From Curvularia clavata (lineage: Eukaryota), in contig CP089276.1 in the NCBI GenBank assembly GCA_023920165.1, positions 62,001 to 126,000 of the forward strand: DNA of 64,000 bases, given 5' to 3'. Within the stretch, counting starts at the first letter, position 1, and every line of letters begins with the position of its first letter. Made by a program: the position numbers and the translations under genes. The notes under the pieces were generated by a model. That model had not been told where the DNA came from. It did no database searches and worked only from the letters and a program-made list of their open reading frames with translations. Shown here piece by piece: positions 1 through 11,664 of the stretch.

Positions 1-28
1 ACAAACTCAACCCCGGCAATCCATCAGC

Positions 29-842
29 ATGGCGCCAGTCGTTGATATGAGTGACAAGCATGCTTGGGATGACTCTCTGCTCATCAGCTCCTGGGAAGAT
101 GCGCTCAACGAGTACAAGGTAAGAAACTGTTTCCGAATGTCAGAAGGTGCAAGAAGATGTCGGCTAACAGGGACGCGCAGAAGTACCACAGTATCCACCA
201 GTCTGGCAAAAGACTGGAAGATGTATTGACCAAGGAAGAGCTGAAAGAATTGCGAGAGTGAGTGCTGCCCGAGTGCTTCCCACGAAACCTAGTGAGGCCA
301 AATCGAGTAACGCCAGCAGGGACTATGGCGACCTCATGGAGGAAACAGAGGCAATGTCCACAGCAGCAGAGACCAATGGCGTCGCAGATCGCGACGATGC
401 CAGCATGTCAAATGCAGACGTGGTTTGCGTCACCCAGCCCCAAGATAACAGCCTTGTGCAGCAGGTACGTGTACATGCCGCAAATGAAACACTCGAGTCC
501 TGAACCCTGTCTAATGGGAATCAGGAACCAGATCGTTCCGAGCAGCAAAACATTGACCATGCACAATCGCCAAGTGCTGAGGCTGTGACGGCCCCGGTCG
601 GTGCCGAGCCTCTTGCGGATGCCATGCCCCAGGCCATTCTCGGAACAGGTACGTTGCGTAGTAATTTTGACAGCCGTTGTTCCCGGAGGAACTAGGGACT
701 GCGGACCGCATGCTGACGCTCTACAGTCAAGGACGAAAATCTCAAAAACATCATGATGTCGTGGTATTACGCTGGCTACTACACAGGTCTGCACGCGGGA
801 CAGCAGCAGCAAGCGGCCCCAAAATCTTCCGCAGAACAATAA
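29..842 (+). CDS. SMN1: Survival motor neuron (SMN)-like protein, multi-exon
   Basis: N-terminal Gemin2-binding motif WDDSLLISSWEDALNEYK|KYHS across intron 119-180; C-terminal YG-box LKNIMMSWYYAGYYTG; stop TAA at 840-842. Confidence 0.85.
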
Positions 843-1639
843 GTCACTGACGGTGGCCTGGTTTCTTTCTCATTGACGGTAGTGCATATGAATTGCGTCG
901 CGTCGCGAGGCAATTGAGCCTTAACGACCAGCACGCTGAACCAATGGGGGTAAGGGTTCTAGTTGCCATGACCCTGGGCGGGACTCACCACCAACAGTTT
1001 GTGCCTCAAAAAATTCGGGAAAACAGGCTGCCAGGTGTTAGCTCGCAGCGCCTATCATGCGGCTAAGTGTTTCCCAGCGCCACCGCTCAGGCATCATGAA
1101 TAGTCGCGTTGTTGAGTTATAGCCCTGTGGTTCTTAGATTACCCAATGCGTGCTACGCAGCGAGACGCGAGACAGATCTGCGACACCACCGCGACACGCT
1201 CAAGCCCACCTCCAACGGTTCGAGCATCACACTAACCCCGCATCCACGCCCGACTGAGCACGCGTCGCCAAAATCTCGCCATTTTTCACGCCAACTTGCC
1301 TTACTTGGATTGCCATGCCCAGCGCAGGGGGGTTGGTGTTTCGCCCGGCATGCAGCCGGCGCGCAAACCCTTCGGAAGCAACAATTTCATGCGTAGATTT
1401 AAGGAATACACGTTCCCAGGCAGACAGATTGACTCCTTACTTCAAAGCATTTGCCTCATAATACTGGTGCTCCACCTTGTCTTTCTCTCTTTCCCATCTG
1501 CTTTTACTGTTCGAGCCGGCCCTCGTAGTGCCCTTCCAATCCTTCGCCCTTTTTTCTACCGTACATTCTAGTGCTTGCAGCGCAGGCTTCCGTTCACTTT
1601 TTCACGACACTTTTTAAAACAATACTCAATCTAGTCATA

Positions 1640-2504
1640 ATGAAGTACTTCGCAGCACTCCCTTTGGCGGCTACCTTGGCTTCCGCACAGATGGGCATGG
1701 AAGCCGTTCCCGCTCCGCCTGCCACTGGTCCCAAAATACACACTGTAAGCACGCTGAGACGGTTCGTGGTCGAGCTCCTACTAACGTAACATAGGTAATT
1801 GTTGGCGGAATGAAGCCCGTTACAGCGGGTATGGCTCCCAAGCTCGAGTACACGCCCGATACTATCAAGGCCGCCGTCGGCGATATGGTTGTATTCGAGT
1901 TCATGCAAAAGAACCACACCGTCACGCAGTCGACCTTTGCAGACCCTTGCACCAAGATGGAGGGAGGAATGGACTCGGGCTTCATGCCTAACCCCGATGG
2001 CAAGCCAGGAGTTACGTGGAACATGACCGTTGCGACCACGGAGCCGCTCTGTAAGCCAACCGACTGATTTGTGCAACAATGTGCATTGTGGCTAACGTTA
2101 GCAAAGGGTTCTACTGCAAGCAGAAGAACGGAATTCACTGCGGCAAGGGCATGGTCTTTTCCATCAATCCTTCTGAGACCGGTGACAAGACCATGGCCGA
2201 CTTCAAGACGCTGGCCATCAAGCAGAACGGTACTTCGCTCGTCGAAGGAGGCCTTCAACAAGTTGACCCCAACGCGGCTGCTGCCCCCTCAACTGTCAAA
2301 GTCGAAGCTGGAGGCGCGGCTGCCACTGGAGCCCCTCCTGCTCCTGGTTCTCCTCCTCCACCCCCTCCAGGCCAGGTTGTCCAAGGCTCGGGCCAGGACG
2401 GTCAAGGTCTGGCTTGCTCATGCCAGTGCCTGTGTGGCGCGGGATCCTTCCCGTCAACTGCTGCTATCAACAACTTTGGAGGCTTTGCAGGCATGATTGC
2501 ATAG
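1640..2504 (+). CDS. Secreted cupredoxin-domain protein, 2 introns
   Basis: Signal peptide MKYFAALPLAATLASA; NHTVTQSTFADPC and W-FYC-x6-HC-x2-GM match the type-1 copper ligand pattern; Pro-rich linker; C-terminal CSCQCLC. Confidence 0.8.
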
Positions 2505-3065
2505 ATGGATAGGAGGAGGTTCGAAGGGGATTTAATGAGGTGGTAGTGGTAGCCTGGAGAGGGAGGGATTCTTATGACAAGTTCGGCGAAGCTTCTTGGC
2601 GGAGCATCTTCCCCGGACTCTTTATACCATTTATCATTTGCTTAGGGCGTTTGCATTATACCGTAACCCACATGCTGCGATGTGTTGCCGCGCTGTGGTG
2701 CCTGCTGGGTACTAGGCAGGGATTCTGTTCACGTTGTGAAATTGTAAAACTTATCAATTATTAGAGCTGGATCCAAGAGATCGCTACGATATTATTTTCG
2801 GTTTCCCTAATTGCATCCATATTTGTGAAGTTTACGATTTTGTACGATTTTTTGGCGCTTGCTCACTTCACGGTCTTCAAGTAACGTCTGGTAATAGGCG
2901 CAATGGGTACATCACAGCATTCCAAATGAAAATCAATGTATTTGGTATCCAAGTAATCAACAACACCGTAGCTCATGACTGCCAACTCCCTTTCCGTAAA
3001 CTCCGCTGCTGAATAATTGAGGCTGTCTAAGTTGCTGTTGTGATGATTGCCGCCTGGTCAGCTGC

Positions 3066-3487
3066 TCATTTCTTGGCGGATTCCTCAGCCTTCCGTGCCT
3101 CAGCTACACAGGAACGTTAGTATTGCATTCTGTTGACGCTAAAACTTTCCTTTGCAAGTTGCCAAAACAAAAGGAAAGCCGTTCGAAAAAGAGCAGTGAC
3201 ATACCGGCAGCCTGCTTAGCGCGCATGATTGCTGCGACGTTCTCCTTGGTGCGGGCAAACTCGGTGCCGGATTGCTAAAGCGCCTTCGTCAGTCACCTCT
3301 TTCCTTGCGGAGGGGTTCTCGGCTTTTGTCCAGATATGCATACCGTATTCTTGGATTTCTATTGAAAAGTCAGCACTTGGCGATGCCCTGGTGATGATGT
3401 TCAGTAGTGGCAGCGTGGACATACCTTCGACGCCTGTTCCTTGAGGTTCTTCTCCCTTGCCTTGTCACGCTGGTTGCCACGCGCCAT
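3066..3487 (-). CDS. SERF/4F5 family small protein, 4 coding exons including a 15-nt microexon
   Basis: Spliced product MARGNQRDKAREKNLKEQASK-KSKNT-QSGTEFARTKENVAAIMRAKQAA-AEARKAEESAKK*; MARGNQR is the family signature; all introns GT-AG. Confidence 0.9.
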
Positions 3488-4551
3488 CTTCTCGAACTCC
3501 TCAACAACAGAGGATTTTGTTTGGTAAGAGAAAAGAAGAGCTACTAGAATGCAAGTGCCGCAGCGTGCGAACTCTGTGCTGTAGAGAAGTTGGGCGTCAA
3601 GGGTGAAACAAAGGGAAATGGAAGGCCAAGTGCAGTCAGCAGCGCCGGAGTGCTGATAAAATACCGCCGATGTTTGCGGCACGCGCCAATCAGCGGCTCG
3701 GGAAGGCGGGGGCCTAGATCGTGCTGGTGCAAGCGCCGATCCTGGGCTCCCCAACACGTGGATCGACCTTCACCATGTCTATCTCCTACGAGTCGATCGT
3801 ATATTCTGTGTATTTCTTTCTTGCTATTACATTTCTCTGCTGATATGACTAGTCGAGGCCTTTCCATGTACAACGATCACGTGTTGTAGCCATCATCTAT
3901 ACCGAAGCTGCCTCTGTCGACTCATTCAGCATGGCGGTTGTAGATGCAATGCTGCCACAAGATTATCGATGGAATTAGCCCTCCATATTTGCAATGTTCG
4001 TTGCCCCTACGATGCTGCTGATAGTATATAATCCCCGCCCCTTACGTGCACACACCAAAACGCCTTGCATTTTGATGGGCACCACTTCATATCTGGCAGT
4101 TTGATCGTTTTCTACACTTGGCCCTGGCTGGTCAATTGCTTAGAAAATTTAGTAAAGTCAGGATGCAAACTGTAGCAGTTGCACCGTACCATCAGAGGTG
4201 CTCGTACGAGCAACAAGATATCCGCGAAGGTCTTAGGCCTCCAAAAGCACATCGCAACAGTCCGCTAAAACAAGTAACCATACCCAACGTATTTTCCGCA
4301 TGTGATATTTCCGGACATGAATCCGATCTGCCGTTCCGTATGTTGTATCTGCAAATGTCCTGCATGGCAACAATAAATTAACAATATGGGACAGAATGAG
4401 TATATTGCTTCGCATTGCACTAGCCTCATCCTCTGCTATCAGATTTATCCACGCGCTATGGTATTTACTATAAATCTCAGGATGGAATTCTAAGCTGCGA
4501 ATCATTGTACTATTTCGTTTCTCGAAATTGGTGCGACTTGTTATCGTCACC

Positions 4552-5684
4552 ATGGTCCCTACTTTTGCTTTTCTGCTTTCGCTTCTCGCAGGCCAGACAT
4601 ATGCTCATACGTTCATCTGGGTACATCGACCCACCTTTGGGATCGCAGAACCCATCCACTAATACTCCCAGGGCGTCTTCGTTAACGGCGTCGACCAAGG
4701 TACATTCAAAGGCGTTCGCATCCCCGCCTACAATGGCCAAAATGGACGTGGTGGCTACAACAACTCGCCAGTCAAGGACCTCAACTCCATCGACATGCGC
4801 TGCAACGTAATGGGCGACGTGCAAGCCCATGACACCATCAAAGTAGCACCCGGAGACAACCTCACCTTTGACTGGCACCACGAGCTTCGCAACAACACTG
4901 ACGAAGTCATTGCCAGTTCGCACCACGGACCCTCACTCATCTACATCTCGCCCGACCCACCTACCGAAAACTCCTTCGTCAAGCTCTGGCACTCGGGCAA
5001 ATACCAAAACAATCCATTCCCTCAGCCTGGAAAATGGAGCACCACGAGCGATATCGCGAAGAGTTACGGCCACATGAATGTACGCGTGCCGCAAGGTCTC
5101 AAGGCCGGAAACTACCTCATCCGCGCCGAAATGATAGGTCTGCACGAGGGCGAAGTGAGCTACTTGCAGAACCCGAGACGGGGAGCGCAATTTTATCCCG
5201 ACTGTGTGCAGATTGAGGTCACTGGTAATGGCACGATCGAGCTACCGAAAGGCGTCAGTTTCCCAGGTGCTTACTCTTACGACGACCCTGGTGTTGTGCA
5301 CAACGTGGGTTTCTTCTTCTTCTTCTTCTTCTTCTGCTCTTCAGCCATCTAATCCCTACTTTATACTTATACATGCCGTAGATCTACTGCTCGACTGAAA
5401 CCAGGAAGCCGACAACGTCCACTACTCCCTGCGTTACCGACTACGTCATCCCCGGTCCTACCGTGTGGTCAGGCGCATGGCCAGAGACGACTGCCGTTGC
5501 TGTTGGCCCGATCAAGGGCGTTACGACGGCAACGCCGTGGAGTACGTGGATTGGTACGAATAGTGTGGTGACGAGCGTGACGTATGTGGATCCAAGGAGC
5601 CAGACCATTGTTGGCAGTTCAAAGTACACAGCTACTTGGAGTGAGACATATGCTTCACCTACTGCGACGGCACCGCGATGGTAG
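4552..5684 (+). CDS. AA9 lytic polysaccharide monooxygenase (formerly GH61)
   Basis: Signal peptide MVPTFAFLLSLLAGQTYA then His1 (HTFIW); NSPVKDL, SHHGP, YLIRAEMIGLH, GAQFYPDCVQI, YVIPGP; introns 4621-4671 and 5305-5381. Confidence 0.92.
5311..5334 (+). repeat. (TTC)8 microsatellite in AA9 intron 2
   Basis: Read directly from the sequence. Confidence 0.95.
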
Positions 5685-6371
5685 GGCGCAGGTGGAAAGG
5701 TATTCATATGACTAGAACGAGTCTCTTTTACACCGTTGAAGTCGCGAGACTTGTTCGCAGGGCTATGTCGTAAGATTAATTGTCTCTAGTTGAACTTCTG
5801 CACCATCCTCTTTGGATATCCATGAATGCACCGTTCGAGTATTGTGGATGAGAACCTACGGCCCTTGTGCTTCGGCAGGGGCAACTTCACACCAATCAGT
5901 ATCAAGTAGGCAATGGAATAAGAGAGTCAGATAGCACACGAGTTGAGTTGAAATAGAAAATACAGCAACTAAATGCCGAGACTAGTCCATGACTGTTGAT
6001 TCCTTTACCTAACCCAGCACCAGCATAATAAAAACATCGCTTGCTTGATCGCCTTAGGTTGAATCAGAAGTGGAAGTTATCGTACATACCCGAACACATA
6101 TTTTCTTTTTCTTTTCTTTTTTTTTGGAGTGAAAGAGGAAGACGAACCCTTGTAGTGGGATATCATGCATTACACTTGACAAATGTCTTCTGCATTTCAT
6201 CGACGTGAGCCTCAATTCATCAAATTATACTTGCGCGTCATGCCAGCTCCACAGATACTGCAGAGTAAGGTATCGTTGCAGAAGCGCTGCTGTCTTTCGC
6301 ATCAAGGTCTTCATATCCGGATCTCGAAAGCAAAAGTGACTACGAGGAGGTTTAAGGTTGGCAGAACCGCT

Positions 6372-7511
6372 TCAATCAATCACGAGGGTCTCCGCATCGG
6401 TTCGTGCACGCTTGCAGGGCCGTGACTCAACGAAAGCAACTTCGTCGTCATCATACGGGATCTTCTCTAGCTTGATAGAGGCTTGAGCTTCTGGGACTGG
6501 CTTTATCGTAACGCTTCGCTAACATAACAAGTCAGCGCTAGTGATGAAGAAAATTCAGACATCAGTACCTGTCTCATTCGGCGTACGAGCTCCCTCAACT
6601 CTTCTGGACTGAGCTCCTCTTCAGGCCTCTCCTCGAGCGGAACTGGCGTGCTTTCGTTGACCTCAACAACCCGAAGGGCTTGCAGGCTTGCTTGGATAAC
6701 ACTTCAATATACGCAGCAATTACAATGGGATTGTTACTCACCAAGGGAACGGTACTTGAAGTGAAAGGTCGCAAACGGGTCTTTGTCCACACGGTTACAC
6801 AGCCTTGTTTTTGGTCCAGTTTGGCAATTGGATCTCTTTGCTTTGGTCAAGCTTTGCATCTGATTAGCCTGAAGAACTAGCGGTATCATTGTAGGTATAC
6901 ATACGTTGTCTGATGTGAGAGCGCATTACCTTTGAGCGCCGTCTCTGGAATATGACGCGGTGCTGTGAGTTGATCAGGTTTTGATTCGATTGGATAGACC
7001 CAATCTAAAATGTCTTTCGCAAACCAAAACTCGAGGGTTATGCGTCCTTTGGCGCCGAGATCACGCCTTAGAGCCGCAATTTCAGGACGTGACATACGGG
7101 TCTCTTCCACTACAACTACATGTGAGTAGACAGTGATACGAAAGCTAGAGTTTCATAGTTACCAATGTCCAGTTGGGAGAAGCGAAACCTCTGTTCGACC
7201 CATTCCCCGTTCCGTTTCCAACTGTACCCATCCCATCTGGATGTATTATTGTAGAGGTCACTGCCGTGGAAACACTGACCGGCCATGGCTCTTCCATCAA
7301 TGGAAAGACGCATTTCAACACCATAGAAGGTGGGGAACGGCGGCTTGAAGCAAAACGTCACACAAAACAGGGTGTTGGATTTAGCTTCGATGTATTTTGT
7401 TGCCGTGCTGGACTGAGGATTGTCTCCGTCGGCATCTTCGTATTCTTGTAATGTGTGCCCGTTGAGCGTGACTGTGACCTCCAGGCCGGGAAATTTGGAA
7501 AGGACCGCCAT
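6372..7511 (-). CDS. Conserved fungal hypothetical protein (DUF7918-like), multi-exon
   Basis: MAVLSKFPGLEVTVTLNGHTLQEY..TKYIEA..FRFSQL, GRITLEFW, IPETALKGNALSH, ALQALRVV..PLEERPEEELSPEELRELVRR, ending ETLVID*; recalled pattern of a widespread ascomycete family. Confidence 0.65.
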
Positions 7512-8410
7512 TGTGATGTGACGATGCGAGGTGTAGCCAATGCTGGCTTCAAGCGGCACCAAGAACGGTTCGGCGGCGGTCGACTCTTGAGGCTGCTGGG
7601 TAATCGCAAAGCTCTGTGTAATGGAGCCGCCTCGTAATATCTTGACGCAGCAGTGGATGTCGAGCTTTGGGGCAGTGGGAGAACGAGAACAAGCAGCGGT
7701 GGTATGTAGCCACAAACATTGGCTGGTGGTGTGGGAAGGCGCATCCAAGTTAGCGCGTTCTGAGCGCGTCCTGGTAAACTGGCAGTCACGCTCACACGTG
7801 AGTGCCTCACCTTCACCTTCACCTTAACTGCCAGCACTCAGATTGAGTGTACTCTTAATTCACCTGAATACGCCAGCAGAATAGGTCGTGCTCAACTTGC
7901 AAGAGCTCATATCGCACTAAAGTTGGAGCCTTTCCTGGATCGCTGGCTTTGACCTTGATGGGCTTGAAGACCATGTAGTTCACTGAAGCGCCTTGTGGAG
8001 CAAAGGCAACTATGGAACTGCAGTGTCGCTATGCCGGCATGTTTAGAAAGACGCTGACTCGCCAAATTGGTTATTTGTATGTATGCTGAATATGAAGAGG
8101 AATTGATACCTAATCGGGTTATTGCACATTTGGATGTCGGTGCTGCATTCATTTTTGGTGTCGCAGGATATAATTTCTATGCTTGTGCATTGCTACATGT
8201 TCTGGCACTCGGCATCTGATTAGCAACACCACTGTCTACCTTGTGATATCTTTCTACCTCCAACGTTGTGCGAACTCTTGAATGCGCATTTTGAGAAGTA
8301 TTCCGTACCACTAAACAGCCTCTGAAAATGCATCTTGCCATGAAGCAAAAGAACGGAATGGCTCCACAGCCATCCAATGCGATTCGATCAACAAAAGCTG
8401 TGTCACTCAC

Positions 8411-10390
8411 CCCACACAAACCATGTTTGAAGAAACCCACACGCTGAATGCCACCAAGTATGAGACCTGAGACAACTGACAGTACTATTCCCGCGCGGGA
8501 ACACGCACAAGCACCCGCCAAACCGTCCCACTGACCCGAAGCCGCACCGGCACGAATCACCCATACAGCCGCATACGCCACGCCACGAGTCATTGCTCCC
8601 GCAAAACCCTCCGTCGACACACACAACCCTTGAGTAACCTTCGGCCGAGCTAGCTAGTCAGACTGCATATACGCCTACTAGGAAATACTGCTACTGTCGC
8701 ACTCAACCTCGTATCGAAGTCTTAACCGGGAATAATAATATAGGCATTTCCCCGCGCGCCGCGGAACAAAGACAATGCCTAGCCATGTGCATTGTAAAAC
8801 GACGTAGTCGGGCATGGGTATGCGTCATCGACAACAACGTTCTTCCCGGGTTCTCTGCTGTGCGACCAAATGGAAAAAAGTTTCGATGTAAGACTGCATA
8901 AGAATCTTGGTATGGTGAGATAAGACGGTGCTTAGGTGAGCCCTTGAACCCTGCACATACCAGGAAAGCAGGTACAGGAACTAGGCTGTTCGTCGTTCTT
9001 CTTTCTTTCTCGAGACTAGAACCGAGTCCTCGGCGCCAAAAGGGTCAGGAGGAAGGAGAAAAGAAAAAAAGCACCTGGATGCCTGTCCATCCGACTGACG
9101 CGTATGAAACCCTTGGCTAACGTACCCAAGATGCTTGTGTGGATAAAGACTACGCCAACGTCCATGATTCCTTGCAGCCACGTACCCTCCTCAAGGAACA
9201 ATGATGCGAACCCACCCGTTCTCCGAAACACACCTATGCAAGCTATTGTTTGCGCGGGCTGTCCTAGTGAGCCCTCACTCTCCGTCTATCCTTCTTTAGC
9301 TGCTGCATAGAGTTTTGCTCTAGGGAAAAAATTCCCCTAGCATTCTTCCTCCTAGCGCAGCACATACACATACACTAGGATGAAAAGGCCCCGTAAAACC
9401 CGCCGTTAGTATCGATAACCCACCCCCCGTAAGCTTTTGGAGCCATCCATGTCTCTTTTCAGCCCTACATGACGCACACACGCTTAGCCCACGCCGCAAG
9501 CATGCGGCGCCCCGGCCCAGCTCCAGCTCCAATCAGTACGCATTCCAAGCCCCTCCCTCTTTTCCATCCTCTCCCCGATTCGTCCATCGAGTCTCAACCC
9601 GGGATCCGATATCCTTCAGGTAGGTGTACTACACGCGCGGCGCCGCATATAGGGCAAGTAAAGTTTGCGCGTCTCGGCGACATGCCGGCGAATTCCGTTG
9701 GAGAGACTGCCAAAGAAGAAAGTAAGAGAGGGGAAAAAAACCCGCCCAACATTTACGCAATACAGTGAGTAGACAGCGGAAAGGATGCTCAAGGAAGCAC
9801 GCATTGCATATTGCAGTGGAGACACACCCATGCGCGCGTCAAGATGTGCGCATGTCGAAAAACCTTTTCCAGCATCTCTATGATGCTACCATGCGACTCG
9901 GTATCACTCCGTAGAGTGCATGCGCGCGCGTATATGTAATCAAGCCGTCGGATACTTGGCTAAAACAATTTTTTTTTCTAGCTGACTCGTAATACATACG
10001 TATGTAAACTACGTAGTTAGCTATCTACTACATAGTTACGTGATGCTATAATTTTTCTCTTCCTCGGCATATTCGTGCCTCGGACGAAAAATGGCCAAGC
10101 AACAACCAATCACCGAAACCTTACATCGGATAGCCGACTAGAGTTTTTGCGCACGTAAAAAAGTAAAAAGAGGATTACAAATGGTCGGAAGGAAGATTGA
10201 AGAGAAGAAGGAAAAAAAACTTTTTTCTCCTCGCACGAGGGTTAGATGACATGCATCCGACGGGGCTTCTAGAACAACCGTGCAAGAGAAGTGTGTGTGG
10301 ATGGTGTAGTGTGCATGTGTGAACTTACACCTTACAGGGGAGAGATAGAAGAGTGTGTGTGAGAGAGAGCGAGATAGTGAGACTGTATGG
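8411..10390 (-). ncRNA. TER: Candidate telomerase RNA; ends approximate
   Basis: Template CUAACCCU at 10238-10245, 7 nt downstream of a long-range helix (10253-10268 with 9942-9955); crossing P2/P3 pairings; many hairpins; no credible ORF; pyrimidine-rich putative start near 10390; GUGAGU 5' splice site at 8410. Confidence 0.55.
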
Positions 10391-11664
10391 CTCAACCGCC
10401 CCCGCTAGTCTAAGTTGAATATGCACCTATGCAGCCGTCGGCATCCGTACCCGGCACGCGACAAGGCCCAGATCAACCTGGTGCATCTCTTCATCTCACT
10501 TGCTGTGCAGTGTTTTTTTTTTCTTCAGCTTATATTGTTTCTCCCCTTGTCCATGGTAACACGCAGACCCTATCAACGCCTCGGAACTCTACCTGACATG
10601 GGGGTTGTGTTAGCGTAGTTGATGCTGCAGCTCGTTGCTTTTTCTTTGCTTTTTTGATCTGGCTTTGGGAGCTCCGCGGAAACGTGTGTCACGCACAAGG
10701 CATGGGGGCTGAATCTGGATTTCATTGCGTCAAGCGATGCTGTGGTTTTCAGCTTGGATGGTTCATGCGTGCTAGCTTAGCTCGCGTGGTTGCGTAGCTC
10801 GAGACAATGCTTTGTGGTAGAGTCCGGCGCCGCCGGGTGATCTAGGTTTACAGCATCTTTGGTCACGATACCAGCACAATGACACAAGGATGCTTTGTAC
10901 TACATCACAATTGCACACGTGACATATGTGTAAAGGAATGATTGTAAGCGCATTTATTTGGGGTATCTCTGTTAGCTTCAGTGCCTATACTACAGTTGCT
11001 AGTCTGCCCGGGCAGCGGTGGTACACTATTGCGAACAAGAAGATAGGCTGGAAACAATTTTGTGGGCTTGACAAATGTTGTACATATTAAAGGGTCCGTC
11101 AGATAGCAAATCGACGGAAAGAAGAGGAGAAAAAGCAAAAGTCTAAACCTAGATGACCAGCAACAAGCGACACAGTCTACAAACTCATCCCTTTTTTGTT
11201 GTCGCATACAAAACTCATGTCTTTTAATCGTGTCATAATCCCATGCGCCCGCTGGTTGGTCGCTTGTCCAAACTCATGCCCCATAACGTTTGAAAAGCAA
11301 AAATACATAAGTGACCAAGGAAATAGTGTACAGGAGAATTTTCAAAGCTGCGTCGCCTAGAATAGCTCAGTCCCGTCCAGCGACAACTGAAGGTGATGGC
11401 AGCGTCGCAGTCTTGCCGTGCCCAGGCCTGCCCAGATGCAGGGCATGACCGAAATAGACGGATACATGGCTCCAAAGAGCCCAAATTGCGTGCGTCACCT
11501 TGGCCCTGCTAGGTGGGCGTGGTGCATGCAGTCGAACGGTCCGGGCGCTTCTGGAATGCGCCGACGACCTGTTGCGGCTGCAGGGAGCACGGTCTCCGCG
11601 GGGTGCGGTCGGGTCCGCGCGCCTCGTCATACTCGATGCGCTCTGTACGCTCAAGTCGAGACAC

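Noticed and set aside
9268..9282. Minus-strand GAGUGAGGGCUC hairpin resembling vertebrate P6.1
   Set aside because: Loop lacks the conserved U and I could not build an adjacent three-way junction
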